Positions 30,884-41,334 are shown, counted from the stretch's first letter. The stretch is 64,000 nt of DNA from Calditrichales bacterium (GCA_965267575.1 OZ254086.1:2240001-2304000), one strand, 5' to 3'. The notes: generated by a model from the sequence alone, not told the origin. Translations and numbers: made by a program.

Positions 30884-31337
30884 ATTCCAGTATTTCCCTT
30901 GGTGTTCTTATTTCAAGTATTTGATGTCCATGCCGGTAATTAACAGAATTGTATCCTCTGATTCGATTTATGTTCACAATGTGTTTAAAATTCCAGCTCA
31001 CAAGAATATCCGCATTATTCAATGTCGCCAACGCAATGTGAAGACAATCCGCACGGCTCGCTTTCCCCACAACCTTTTCGTTAATATAGCTGTCAGCTAA
31101 TTCGATCGCGTCTTTTGTTAGCTCGACCACTTCTACATATTTCGCGGGAATTTCGAGTACCAGTTCTTTTACTTGCTCTGGTGCCCGGTTTAGTTCATCA
31201 TCTGTTAACCGCGAATAAAGTAGTCGATATTGCCCCTTCTTAATTCGGTCAAATAATAACCTGGTCCATAATTCAAATTCCGGATCAAATTGTCCTCCGA
31301 ATACTGATGTGTCGAGATATAAAAGATCCATTTTCAC
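30873..31337 (-). CDS. PIN-domain (VapC-like) toxin
   Basis: LYLDTSV, E, DCLHIALA, VSWNFKHIVN. Confidence 0.85.
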   Translation of the reverse strand: MKMDLLYLDTSVFGGQFDPEFELWTRLLFDRIKKGQYRLLYSRLTDDELNRAPEQVKELVLEIPAKYVEVVELTKDAIELADSYINEKVVGKASRADCLHIALATLNNADILVSWNFKHIVNINRIRGYNSVNYRHGHQILEIRTPREILEYED

Positions 31338-31606
31338 GTTAGCTCAAATTGGGACACATAGATTTCAATCCAGCGAGATATTAGTTAATTCATAACGCAA
31401 AACCCGGGCAAAAGCAATCACAAAATAGAATATACTTCTCCGATTCACAAGAGCTGATCATAGCATTTGTCATTTAAATAGATTTGATCGTTGGACTGAA
31501 TTGTTCACAGAATGCGTTACGTTTTCAACATATATAATATCATTTTGCAAAAATTAGTAAATCCTATAATTTGTCCTCCAAACATGATTATACGGAAGAT
31601 GCTAAT

Positions 31607-32890
31607 ATGGACCCGATTTCCCTGACTGAACTACAGAATGCCATAGGCCGCAAGAACACACGGCTAATCGATACCCGCCCGGTGGATGCCTACAACGGCT
31701 GGCGCGAGCGCGGCGAAAAACGCGGCGGACACATCGCGGGCGCTAAAAGCCTGCCCGCCAAATGGGCCAATTATATCGACTGGATCGAGATTGTCCGCTC
31801 CAAGGGTCTGGCACCCGAACATGAACTGATTTTATACGGCTACGACCGCGCGGAGACCGAAAAGGTAGCCCGTGTTTTTCAGCGGGCCGGTTATGAAAAC
31901 GTAAAGCTGTATCACGGTTTTGTGAAAGAATACAGCGCCGATGAAAGCCTACCCATGCAGCGATTGCAGCGCTACCGTCAGCTGGTTTCCGCCCACTGGC
32001 TGAAGCAACTGCTGGACAGCGGCACAGCCCCGGAATACGATAACGACAGATTTGTGGTCTGTCACGGCCACTACCGCAACCGCGGAGATTACGAAAAAGG
32101 CCACATCCCCGGCGCCATCGAGCTGGACAGCCTGGCGCTGGAGAGTCCCGAAACCTGGAACCGCCGCACGCCCGAAGAGTTGAAGGCCGCGCTGGAAGCC
32201 CACGGCATCACCCACGATACGACGGTGGTTCTGTATGGCCGCTTTTCCGCCCCCAACAACGATGATCCTTTTCCCGGCAGCGCCGCCGGCCACCTGGGCT
32301 CGATACGCTGCGCCTTTATCATGCTTTACGCCGGGGTCAAAGATGTGCGCATCCTGAACGGCGGGCTGCAATCGTGGGAGGACGCCGGTTTTGAAATTAC
32401 CACGAAGGAGACGGCCAAAAAGCCGGTGCCAGATTTTGGTGTTTCGATTCCGCAGCAGCCGGATTTGGCTGTGGACCTGGAAGAAGCAAAACAGATCACC
32501 AAAGATCCCGACCGCAACTTGGTCAGTATGCGCAGCTGGCGCGAAATCATCGGTGAGGTGAGCGGGTATAATTACATAGAGAAGAAGGGCCGCATACCCG
32601 GGTCGGTCTGGGGCGACAACGGCAGCGACGCCTACCACATGGAGAACTACCGCAACCTGGACCACACCATGCGCGAGTTTCATGAGACCGAGGAGAAGTG
32701 GAAGAAGCTGGGCATCACACCGGACAAGCACAACGCCTTTTACTGCGGCACCGGCTGGCGGGGCAGCGAAGCCTTTTTCAACGCCTGGTTGATGGGCTGG
32801 CCGCGCGTCTCCGTCTTCGACGGCGGCTGGTTCGAGTGGAGCAACAACAACCTGCCTTTTGAAACAGGCATCCCACCGGGACGTGAATAA
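31607..32890 (+). CDS. Three-domain rhodanese sulfurtransferase (YnjE-like)
   Basis: Three GHIxGA-type repeats; active loop CGTGWR; FDGGWFEW. Confidence 0.88.
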   Translation: MDPISLTELQNAIGRKNTRLIDTRPVDAYNGWRERGEKRGGHIAGAKSLPAKWANYIDWIEIVRSKGLAPEHELILYGYDRAETEKVARVFQRAGYENVKLYHGFVKEYSADESLPMQRLQRYRQLVSAHWLKQLLDSGTAPEYDNDRFVVCHGHYRNRGDYEKGHIPGAIELDSLALESPETWNRRTPEELKAALEAHGITHDTTVVLYGRFSAPNNDDPFPGSAAGHLGSIRCAFIMLYAGVKDVRILNGGLQSWEDAGFEITTKETAKKPVPDFGVSIPQQPDLAVDLEEAKQITKDPDRNLVSMRSWREIIGEVSGYNYIEKKGRIPGSVWGDNGSDAYHMENYRNLDHTMREFHETEEKWKKLGITPDKHNAFYCGTGWRGSEAFFNAWLMGWPRVSVFDGGWFEWSNNNLPFETGIPPGRE

Positions 32891-33140
32891 ATTACGAATT
32901 AAGAATTACGAATTAGGAATTAAAGACTGTCATCTCGAATCCGCGAAGCGGTGAGAGATCCGGGGTTCGGATAGCTCCCGGATTTCTCATCCGGCCGCCG
33001 CCGAATTCGAAATGACATTTTCTGGGTCTGTCATCCCGGCCTGTGCGCCGGGATCTCCCAATGCGACCACGATCACGGTCATGATCAAGAAAACATCAAG
33101 ACTTCAGGACGTCAAGACATCAAGACCACAAGACTTTAAA
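32890..33140. repeat. Composite intergenic repeats: 7-mer array, GTCA-REPIN, REP, 6-mer and 8-mer arrays
   Basis: (AATTAvG)x5 at 32890-32924; REPIN 32928-33017; REP 33029-33056; CAAGACnn array 33097-33137. Confidence 0.85.
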
Positions 33141-33149
33141 AGAGAAAAA

Positions 33150-34364
33150 ATGCTAGACATACAAAAAATAAGAAACGACTTCCCCATCCTGAGCAGGGAG
33201 GTGTACGGCAAGCCGCTGGTTTACCTGGACAACACGGCCACCACGCAGAAGCCGCGCCAGGTTATTGAGCGTGTGAACGCCTTTTACAGCGAAATCAACA
33301 GCAACATCCACCGCGGTGTGCACCATCTCAGCGAACAGTCCAGCCATGAATATGAAATGGCACGGGAAAAAGTACGAGGCTTCATCAACGCCGCCGATGT
33401 TTCGGAAATAATCTTCACAAAAGGCACCACGGAATCGATCAACCTGGTGGCGCATTCGTTTGGTGAGATGATGCTGCAGGCCGGCGACGAAGTGATTGTC
33501 AGTGAAATGGAGCACCACTCCAACATTGTGCCCTGGCAGCTGGTCTGTGAACGAAAACAGGCCACACTCAAAGTGCTGCCAATGGACGATGAAGGTACGT
33601 TGCAACTGGACGCGCTCAAAGAGCTGATCACGCCCAAAACAAAACTGCTGGCCGTCACCTGGGTTTCAAACACGCTGGGCTGTATCAACCCGGTAAAGGA
33701 GATCATAAAAATCGCCCACGGACGCAACGTGCCCGTGTTGCTCGACGCGGCGCAGGCCGTGCAGCATATCCCCGTAGATGTACAGGATTTGGATTGCGAC
33801 TTCCTCGCCTTTTCGGGGCACAAAATGTATGCCCATGCCGGCATCGGCGTGCTCTACGGCAATAAGCAGTTGCTGGAAGAGATGCCACCCTACCAGGGCG
33901 GCGGCGGCATGATCGATGAAGTGACGTTTGAAAAAACGACCTGGGCAAAACCACCGCTAAAGTTCGAAGCGGGGACAGTCAATTACCCGGGTGCCGTCAG
34001 TTTGGGCGCGGCCATCGACTACATCGGTGAGGCGGGCCTTGAAAATATTATGACGCACGAAACGCAGGTCTACGATTATGCCCGCGAACAATTGGCCAAA
34101 ATAGAGGGGCTGCGGCTTTACGGAAGCACAAAGGCCATGACCGGCGCCATCTCCTTTACACTGGACGGTGTGCATCATTATGACGCCGGCGTAGTGCTGG
34201 ACAAACTGGGCATTGCCGTACGCACCGGGCATCATTGCGCCCAGCCGCTGATGCGCCATTACGGCATCCAGGGGACGATGCGGGCCAGCTTTGGCATGTA
34301 CAATACAAAGCAGGAAGTGGACCGCCTGATCGAAGGAATCAACAAAGTGAGGCAGATGTTTTAG
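33150..34364 (+). CDS. sufS: Group II cysteine desulfurase (SufS/CsdA)
   Basis: YLDNTATTQKP, EHHSN, FSGHKM, RTGHHCAQP; true start ATG 33150. Confidence 0.93.
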   Translation: MLDIQKIRNDFPILSREVYGKPLVYLDNTATTQKPRQVIERVNAFYSEINSNIHRGVHHLSEQSSHEYEMAREKVRGFINAADVSEIIFTKGTTESINLVAHSFGEMMLQAGDEVIVSEMEHHSNIVPWQLVCERKQATLKVLPMDDEGTLQLDALKELITPKTKLLAVTWVSNTLGCINPVKEIIKIAHGRNVPVLLDAAQAVQHIPVDVQDLDCDFLAFSGHKMYAHAGIGVLYGNKQLLEEMPPYQGGGGMIDEVTFEKTTWAKPPLKFEAGTVNYPGAVSLGAAIDYIGEAGLENIMTHETQVYDYAREQLAKIEGLRLYGSTKAMTGAISFTLDGVHHYDAGVVLDKLGIAVRTGHHCAQPLMRHYGIQGTMRASFGMYNTKQEVDRLIEGINKVRQMF

Positions 34365-34366
34365 CC

Positions 34367-34783
34367 ATGACCATAAATGAAATCCAGGACAAAATTATTG
34401 AGGACTTTTCCAGGTTTGACGATTGGTTTGATACTTACGAAGAACTGATCCGACACGCCAAAGAGCTGGAGCAAATGGATGACGCCTTGAAAAATGATGA
34501 GCACTCAATAGCCGGCTGCCAGTCGCAGTTGTGGCTTTGCGGAAAGCTGCAGGAAGGCGGCATGAAGTATTGGGCCGACAGTGACACGATGATCACCAAG
34601 GGCATTGTGGCCCTGATCGTAAAAGCGCTGGAAAACCAATCCCCGACGGATATCGTTGAGGCCGATCTCTATTTTATTGACAAAATCGGCCTGGGCTCAA
34701 ACCTCTCTCCGGCGCGCTCCAACGGCATCACCGCCATGGTCAAAAAAGCCAAGGATGACGCCCGAAAAGCCCTGGCGCAGTAA
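34367..34783 (+). CDS. sufE: SufE/CsdE sulfur acceptor
   Basis: GCQSQLW, ADSD..ITKG, LSPARSNG. Confidence 0.92.
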   Translation: MTINEIQDKIIEDFSRFDDWFDTYEELIRHAKELEQMDDALKNDEHSIAGCQSQLWLCGKLQEGGMKYWADSDTMITKGIVALIVKALENQSPTDIVEADLYFIDKIGLGSNLSPARSNGITAMVKKAKDDARKALAQ

Positions 34784-34785
34784 GA

Positions 34786-35148
34786 CTATTCTCCCGGCGG
34801 CGACAGTTTTCTGTCCTCGCGGATTTCTCCGATGTGGTAGTAGGCCACGATCTCCGTGATCATATTATCCCGCACATAGTGCCATTCGCTCACATCAAGT
34901 TTAAAATCCCCCTGTATCGCCGTATAGCGCACACAGGCCCGGTTTGATTCATATAAAGCATCATGTATTTCAAAGCGGTGACCCAGGAATTTATCCTTGT
35001 TGGCTTTCACAAGATCGAGATAGGCCTTTTTACCGTTTATCGTGCCAAAGGGGCTGGTATGTTTAAAATCCTCCGCGATGGACAGATTTAAGAAATCGCC
35101 CTCTTCCCACTTTTCAAACCAACCGGAAACAACGTTTTTTGTATCCAT
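34786..35148 (-). CDS. SnoaL-like/NTF2 family protein
   Basis: AEDFKHTSPFG.I.GK..Y pattern. Confidence 0.7.
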   Translation of the reverse strand: MDTKNVVSGWFEKWEEGDFLNLSIAEDFKHTSPFGTINGKKAYLDLVKANKDKFLGHRFEIHDALYESNRACVRYTAIQGDFKLDVSEWHYVRDNMITEIVAYYHIGEIREDRKLSPPGE

Positions 35149-35159
35149 TATCCGCGCCT

Positions 35160-35957
35160 TTAATTGAGGGTAACAGTTAAGGCAAAATTGAAACTGACCG
35201 AGCGTACGGCGTTTTTACCATAAAGGTCAACCGGCGCGGCCAACACGATGATGTAGTTTGAGCCCGTTTCAATGGTTACCCCCGGGTAGGCCGTAAGCAA
35301 AAAACTATCCGCGCCGCTATAGCTATGATGCTGATAGCCCAGACCGGCAACCGCCTGCAGCATGTGATCCAAAAAATAATATCCGGCATCCACGTTAAAA
35401 AACGTTGCCCCGTCATGGAGACTTTGTGGACGCTCCACGAAGCGCAGATGCTGCAGATTCACATCAATCGAAAATTTCTCATTCAGCGCGACAGAACCCA
35501 CAATACCCAGTCCGGCCTGGCCGGTGTTGTCTTCGGTCGCTGTTTCGGTGGAGCGTACACCGTTGCCCAGGGGGGTATTATAACCGGCCATTAGCGCAAA
35601 ACCATATGGCCCCTGCTCGAACACGATGTAACGCATACCAAAGCTGATGGCGGACATATTTGTTGGGGCGGCCAGCCCGATTTCCATTTGGTCAAAAAGG
35701 CCATAGGTAAAGCGAAAATACTTTTCCGACTCGACACTTACACTATCGCCATTGGCGTAAAGGTCGGTCAACTCGTTATCGCCGTTCCAGTATTTGCTTT
35801 GGTAGCAAAATGCGAAGCCCGGCTCAAACTCCAGTTTGTGGTGTCCCACCACGCCAACGCTCACAGCGCTCAACTTGGAGCCGGAAATGCCGCCAATTTG
35901 CGCGTTGGCAAAGGTGAAGAAGAAAAAACATAACAGAACTTTGAAAGAAGATTTCAT
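35160..35957 (-). CDS. Putative outer-membrane beta-barrel protein
   Basis: Signal peptide, alternating amphipathic strands, FTYGL..MEIG. Confidence 0.55.
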   Translation of the reverse strand: MKSSFKVLLCFFFFTFANAQIGGISGSKLSAVSVGVVGHHKLEFEPGFAFCYQSKYWNGDNELTDLYANGDSVSVESEKYFRFTYGLFDQMEIGLAAPTNMSAISFGMRYIVFEQGPYGFALMAGYNTPLGNGVRSTETATEDNTGQAGLGIVGSVALNEKFSIDVNLQHLRFVERPQSLHDGATFFNVDAGYYFLDHMLQAVAGLGYQHHSYSGADSFLLTAYPGVTIETGSNYIIVLAAPVDLYGKNAVRSVSFNFALTVTLN

Positions 35958-36101
35958 TGCGGGGATCTCCTTAAGTTTATGAATTATACTTTTGAGTTTG
36001 ATTCTGCAAAAACCGGGGTAGATGAAACATCCCGGTATCAGTAAGCAAAATAAACCAGAAAATTATATATGTCTAATAAAATAGTAGGAGAGTATAATAA
36101 A

Positions 36102-36797
36102 TTATTTCTGTGTACTCAAGATTTCATAAACTTTTTGTGCGGTGGCTTTGGCCGAAAAGGGATTCTGGCCTGTAATAAGATTGCCATCTACCTGTACGTA
36201 AGGCATAAACGGCAGCAGCGCTTTGCGGTAGTCGGCGCCGCGCTCTTTGATCAGCTTTTCGATGTTGTAGGGTACGTGTTTGGCCACGCCCGCGGCAATC
36301 TCCTCCAGCCAGGAGTAGCCGGTCAGCCGTTTGCCCTGCACCAGGTGGCTGCCGTCGGAGAGACGCACATTGGGCAGCGCGCAATAACCGTGACACACCG
36401 CGGAAACAATCTTGCCGGACTCGTAAAACGTGCGGGTAAGCTGTTGCAGCTTTTCATCGTCAGGGAAATCCCACATCACGCCGTGGCCGCCGCAAAAATA
36501 GATGGCGTCGTACGCGGCAGGATCCACATCATCAATCGTCCTGGTATCCTGCAGCAGGGACATAAAGCTATTGTCTTCAAAACGCGCGCGGGTACTTTTA
36601 TCCATGGCAAAAAGGCCTAGCGAGCGCGGGTCCGGAGGCGAAGGTCCGCCTTTGGGACTGGCGATATCCTGCTCAAAGCCGTGTTTTTCAAACAGATCGT
36701 AAAAGTGGGTCAGCTCGCTCAACCAATAGCCGGTGGGTTTGTCCGTCTTGTCGTACGAATCCACGTTGGTTACGATGATCAAAAGACGGTTTTTCAT
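36102..36797 (-). CDS. DJ-1/PfpI (class I glutamine amidotransferase-like) protein
   Basis: GYWLSEL, GGHG, AVCHG, TGQNP. Confidence 0.9.
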   Translation of the reverse strand: MKNRLLIIVTNVDSYDKTDKPTGYWLSELTHFYDLFEKHGFEQDIASPKGGPSPPDPRSLGLFAMDKSTRARFEDNSFMSLLQDTRTIDDVDPAAYDAIYFCGGHGVMWDFPDDEKLQQLTRTFYESGKIVSAVCHGYCALPNVRLSDGSHLVQGKRLTGYSWLEEIAAGVAKHVPYNIEKLIKERGADYRKALLPFMPYVQVDGNLITGQNPFSAKATAQKVYEILSTQK

Positions 36798-37768
36798 CCA
36801 TGCCTCTTTTCAGACAGGTCCAGTATGACGTTGCCGATTTTTTGCTCCGTCAGCACATATTCGTAGGCGTCCTGAACCTCTTCCAACGGGTAGTGTCTGT
36901 CGATAAGCGGTTTGAACCGGCCCTCCTCAAACAGCTCTTTTACAAACAGCAGGCTGCGTATGATATTGTTGGGAAAGGGAAAAACAACGCGCTTGCCACC
37001 GCCGAGTTTTGTCGTCAAAGGGCGCCAGGTGTTCTCGCCACGCGGCCCCAGCTCGGACGACATGTAAATGCCGTTTTCTTTCAGCAAACCTTTGCAGGCG
37101 CCAAAACTGCTTTTGCCCACAGCATCAAAAACAAAATCGTAACGCTCGGGATCTTTTGTGAAGTCGTCTTTCTCATAATCTATTGTTCTGTCCGCGCCGA
37201 GAGCTTCTACCTTTTTCGCATGCTCGCCTTTGCAGGTGGCGTTTACATACAGGCCGTGGTATTTAAGCATCTGGATAAGCGCCGAGCCGATGGCTGACGT
37301 GCCTCCGTTTACCAGCGCCGTTTGTCCGGGCTTGAGTGTCACTTTATTGATAAAATTGTAGGCGTAATGGGCGGCCTCGGCGCAGGCGGCGGCTTTGGGA
37401 AAGGTGGCTCTTTTGGGCCACTCTACAGCTTTGTCCGTTGCGATGGTCAGGTATTCGGCGTGTGAGGCCAGGCCGTTGTCATTAAAGCCCCACACCCTGT
37501 CGCCCACCTGCCAGGTCGTGACGTTTTTGCCGATCACCTCGACTACACCGGCGAAGTCTGTTCCCAGGACCGGCTGCCGGGGTTTTGTCAAACCATGCAT
37601 CAGGCGCATCACAGCCGGTTTGCCCTGCAGAATGGCGCAATCGGTGCGGTTGACGGTGGCCGCATGTACGCGTACTAAAATTTCTTTGGATCGTGGAACA
37701 GGTACATTGATCTCTTTTATGGTAATAACTTCTGGTGAACCGTATTGGGTTCTGCTTGCGGTTTTCAT
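36794..37768 (-). CDS. Zn-independent medium-chain NAD(P)-dependent oxidoreductase
   Basis: YGSPEV, GTDFAG, NGGTSAIG, FDAVGK, GNVIL. Confidence 0.88.
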   Translation of the reverse strand: MKTASRTQYGSPEVITIKEINVPVPRSKEILVRVHAATVNRTDCAILQGKPAVMRLMHGLTKPRQPVLGTDFAGVVEVIGKNVTTWQVGDRVWGFNDNGLASHAEYLTIATDKAVEWPKRATFPKAAACAEAAHYAYNFINKVTLKPGQTALVNGGTSAIGSALIQMLKYHGLYVNATCKGEHAKKVEALGADRTIDYEKDDFTKDPERYDFVFDAVGKSSFGACKGLLKENGIYMSSELGPRGENTWRPLTTKLGGGKRVVFPFPNNIIRSLLFVKELFEEGRFKPLIDRHYPLEEVQDAYEYVLTEQKIGNVILDLSEKRHG

Positions 37769-37880
37769 GCTTTCCTCGTAAAAATGTGAGTTACCAGTTA
37801 TTTACAAGTAAGCGCAATGAGAAGCAAAAGTTATCGCTTTGACCGGGGAGGTCATCGGCGGGTAAATGCAATCGCCAAAC

Positions 37881-37908
37881 AAAAAAGGCCTGACAAGCAG
37901 GCCCTTTT
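37881..37908 (-). terminator. Rho-independent terminator (possibly bidirectional)
   Basis: GGCCTG-N5-CAGGCC flanked by an A6 tract and a T4 tract. Confidence 0.7.
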
Positions 37909-37929
37909 ATATACATGTGATAGATGCCG

Positions 37930-38274
37930 TTATTCCGCGCGCGAAACAATGTACAGGTAGCGCAGCGGCTCCTCATTCATGTTGTGGACGTTGTGTTGCG
38001 TCTGCGGTGGAATATAGGCAACGCAGCCTTTATGTATTTTTTGCCGGCCCTGTCCTTCAATCTCCACCTCGCCATGTCCCTGCAGGACAACCAGCATTTC
38101 TTCGTGATCGTGCGTGCTGTGTTCTCCCACTTCTGCGCCAGATTCCAGTGTTACGAAACCCGAACGCATACGCGCGCTTTGCGGCGGCTTTATAATCGGG
38201 TGATAGGAGAGATCTTCCGTTGGCAGCTCTTTAATAAAAGGCAGCAATTCAACTTTTTCCAGATCATCAAGCAT
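37930..38274 (-). CDS. Cupin domain protein
   Basis: HST...EEML.VLQG...IPP...H. Confidence 0.85.
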   Translation of the reverse strand: MLDDLEKVELLPFIKELPTEDLSYHPIIKPPQSARMRSGFVTLESGAEVGEHSTHDHEEMLVVLQGHGEVEIEGQGRQKIHKGCVAYIPPQTQHNVHNMNEEPLRYLYIVSRAE

Positions 38275-38827
38275 CCGTGCCGCCTTTCACGTTTTCGTTG
38301 CCACGCTCGCGGTCAATCCACCAGCGGGCGACAAACGGCAACAAAGCGATCTGCAGAAGGCCGGCTATGATGCCCGGTGTTAATGCGCTCAGCAAATAGC
38401 CCGCGTCAGACAGCCACAAAGCGCCCGCAAAAAGCAACCTTCCAGCCAGCAAAGCTATGGCAATGGAAACAAAAGGATTCAGCCTAAACACTTCACGCAG
38501 CAGACCGGTCAGCAGGCCATAGGCGATCAGCTCCATGGTCATGGCCGGCAAAATGGCCGGCAGCGGCAATCCCGAAAGCAGGTAGCTGACAACCGGGGCC
38601 AGAGCGCCGGTGATAAGCCCCGAACGCCATCCGTAAACCAGGCCGGCAAGAATAACCGGCCAGTGCATCGGCAAAAGCACACGCACGGAGGCACCGGACA
38701 AATGCGCGACAAGAGGCAGAATAACCGCAGCTGCAATCAGGCTAAGTTGAAAAATAAACGCCCGTGAACCCGTTAGCGACAGGGTGGGCCTGTTCAGAGT
38801 AATGGCAGATCTGTTGAGGGTAGACAT
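38267..38827 (-). CDS. ECF transporter S component
   Basis: LLPMHWPVILAGLVYG, MTMELIAYG, PGIIAGLLQ; about 6 TM helices. Confidence 0.75.
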   Translation of the reverse strand: MSTLNRSAITLNRPTLSLTGSRAFIFQLSLIAAAVILPLVAHLSGASVRVLLPMHWPVILAGLVYGWRSGLITGALAPVVSYLLSGLPLPAILPAMTMELIAYGLLTGLLREVFRLNPFVSIAIALLAGRLLFAGALWLSDAGYLLSALTPGIIAGLLQIALLPFVARWWIDRERGNENVKGGTDA

Positions 38828-39015
38828 CGTAATGCTCCTTACTGTTGGCGGCAGAATATATGCCTTGGCTATAAACGATCGTTTTGCGCGCTGGCGTGGG
38901 CAGGTCGCATACAACAATCGTAGGTTTTCTATGCTAATTATAGCAATAGTTTATAACAGCAGGCAACAGAATAATACGTCTTTTTAGGCCTTGATTACGT
39001 TTTTTTAACCTCTAT

Positions 39016-39971
39016 TTATCTCCGAGTACTAATTACAAAAGCGGGAGCCTGGTTATATTGGTATGTTGTGTCAGTCAGCATTTGCATCTCCTTTGTCTGC
39101 CAGTTCATAAGCGCGATGTCATAGCGTTTGGGTTCGTCCGGGCTAGAAACACCAATAGCCAGCCATTTGCCGTCCGGGCTCCAGTCGTGCCAGCTTTCGC
39201 TCAGGGGAGTGTCGGTCAGCTTCCATTGCCTGGTGCCATCGGGTGTTACCGCGTAAAGACTGTATTTGTCGTTCTGAAAACTCTGGTAGCTGATGAAGTT
39301 TTAGTGGGGTGCCAGCGCGGTGGCCCCGCGTGGTAGGCATACCACGCGGCAGTTGTGTCATCGGCCGGGTACTGGGTCAGCTGTCGCAGTTCACTGCCAT
39401 CGGCGTTCATGATGTACAGCTCATCGATGTAGCCCGTGTCTTTTTTGAACGGTTTACTTGCCCCGCGAAAAACAATCTGCTTTCCATCGGGTGAAAAAAC
39501 CGGGTCGTTAAAATAAGCCAGCCCGGGATTGATCTTGTCCAATAAGGTGCCTTTGCGGTCTATAATATAAAAAGCCGTATCCACGCTGCCATGGACGTTT
39601 ACAATAATTTCACTTCCGCCATAACGGCTGCCCATCCAACTGTCCCGCAGACGTACATCACTTATTTTGCGGATGTTACTACCGTCGGTCTCCATTTCAT
39701 ATAGGAAGTAATTGCGGTGGCTCGTATCGCGGTCACTGATAAAAAGCACCTTGTCGTTCACGCAGAGGTACGTCCAGGCCACATCCTGATGGTTGGTAAT
39801 GTTGCTTGCAGACGTGCCATCAAGATGTTTCACAAACACATCGTAGTCGTCCTTTTCCGCGTCAACGAGTACGTTGTAGGCAATTGCGTATTCGAGCGCA
39901 GGTTGCTGCGTGCAAAACAAAATGGTGACAGCTATAAAAAGGCCAATAATGGTATAAAGAGTTTTATTCAT
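39016..39971 (-). pseudogene. TolB-like (PD40) beta-propeller gene with a 1-nt frameshift near 39300
   Basis: Frame 1 ends after PPRWHPT; another frame continues NFISYQSFQ...WHDWSPDGKWLA...QAPAFV to a stop at 39016. Confidence 0.75.
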
Positions 39972-40029
39972 GTGTACCCCTCCTTCGTGTTTTCTCGCGG
40001 GTTAGGCCCAAATAGCATCAGCTGCCGGC

Positions 40030-40437
40030 TTAGCGCCAAACACCCAGGACAAAGCCAATAACGGAAAAATAAATAACGATGTAGCCGCCGTTGATAAAAA
40101 TGTACTTCCAGCTTTTTTGCTCAAACAACGCGATGATAGTGAAAACCGCCGCGGCCCATCCAAAGCCGGCCAAAAATCCTGCTGCCAGACCCCACTGCCA
40201 GTTCGTGTTGGCGTCCCCTAGAAAAAAGGCCAGGTTGTAAGAGATAAGCAGCGAGAGTATAACTGAGATACCATAAGTCTTTGCCGGATTCGATTGCTGA
40301 ACCTGTTCATCTGTTAGCTTGTTCTCCGTTTTCCAGGCGTTATAAAAAAGAGCGGGGGAGTACCAGAGCGCGCCCAGTACCAGGTTAAAGATCGCGCAAA
40401 CAAAAACCGCCCAATGGTTGAGATAGATGTTCTCCAT
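40030..40437 (-). CDS. DUF1761 membrane protein
   Basis: LGALWYSP.LF..W, LFEQKSW..IFINGGY. Confidence 0.8.
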   Translation of the reverse strand: MENIYLNHWAVFVCAIFNLVLGALWYSPALFYNAWKTENKLTDEQVQQSNPAKTYGISVILSLLISYNLAFFLGDANTNWQWGLAAGFLAGFGWAAAVFTIIALFEQKSWKYIFINGGYIVIYFSVIGFVLGVWR

Positions 40438-40506
40438 AGCTTCTCCTTTCGCGTGATGTGAACGGTCCAAATTGCCTAAAGGAGAAAACTATTTATAGGA
40501 AAAAAT

Positions 40507-41334
40507 TTACCTACCGACCGCCTGCGGGATATAGTTTATGATTGGGCCTTTTTGTTGCACATACAGTTTGGGTGTGTAGCCGGAAAAAGTTTTAAAGTCG
40601 GCAATAAAATGGGATTGATCGTAGTAGCCGCAGTCAAGGGCCACCGAGGCCCAGTCAATGGCAGGCTGCCGTTCAATATGTTCTACAGCTTTTTGAAAAC
40701 GCATCACCTTCAGGAATTCCTTGGGGGTAACGCCGATGTGCTTTTTAAACAATGCGATGATGTGTTTGTGCGAATAGCCGGTTTGCCTCGTTACCGCGGC
40801 GATAGTTGTTGTGTTGGGGAGGGCCGCGATATTCGAAACAGCAAAGTCGATAAAGGGGTTTTCGCGCAGACGGTTTTGGTAGAACTTTCGCAATTTTTCT
40901 TCAAGGACACACAGTTTGGCCGTGGGTGTGTCTGCCTCCTGCAGAGCATACCTTATCTCCATAATCTCCGCTTTTACAACCAGTTCCGCGTCAACTACGG
41001 TATTTGTTAGGGCATGCATGGGCGCGTTAAGAAAGGGCAGCGCTTTGCCTTTTTTAAACTGCACAACCACCATTTCGCTTTCGCGCCCGGATGGTATTGT
41101 TATAGGTTCGGTACGGAAACCGGCAAACCAGACGCTTTTACATGTCTGCTTTTCTTTGAGCGTTTCGTTATCGTAAATGTGTTTTGGCCTTTCAGTGAGT
41201 TCAAAAATGATCTGCACATCGCCATCGGGCAGCAGCCGTTCTACTTCGTGTTCAGGATGGTAGCCGGTGTAGTAAAAAAAATGGCTGATAAAGCCGTTCA
41301 GCGGAAAGTCCGGGATGTGAATTTTGCTGATCAA
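40507..41334 (-). CDS. AraC family transcriptional regulator
   Basis: LLPDG N-terminal domain; FKKHIGVTPK, GYYDQSHFIADFK.FSG.TP. Confidence 0.92.
   Translation of the reverse strand: MISKIHIPDFPLNGFISHFFYYTGYHPEHEVERLLPDGDVQIIFELTERPKHIYDNETLKEKQTCKSVWFAGFRTEPITIPSGRESEMVVVQFKKGKALPFLNAPMHALTNTVVDAELVVKAEIMEIRYALQEADTPTAKLCVLEEKLRKFYQNRLRENPFIDFAVSNIAALPNTTTIAAVTRQTGYSHKHIIALFKKHIGVTPKEFLKVMRFQKAVEHIERQPAIDWASVALDCGYYDQSHFIADFKTFSGYTPKLYVQQKGPIINYIPQAVGR

Noticed and set aside
33012-33149. N-terminal extension of SufS in the ORF track
   Set aside because: It is translated REP and 8-mer repeat DNA; the true start is 33150
38828-38940. Riboswitch upstream of the ECF S component
   Set aside because: No recognisable TPP, FMN, cobalamin, SAM or preQ1 consensus by eye; an Rfam/Infernal scan would settle it
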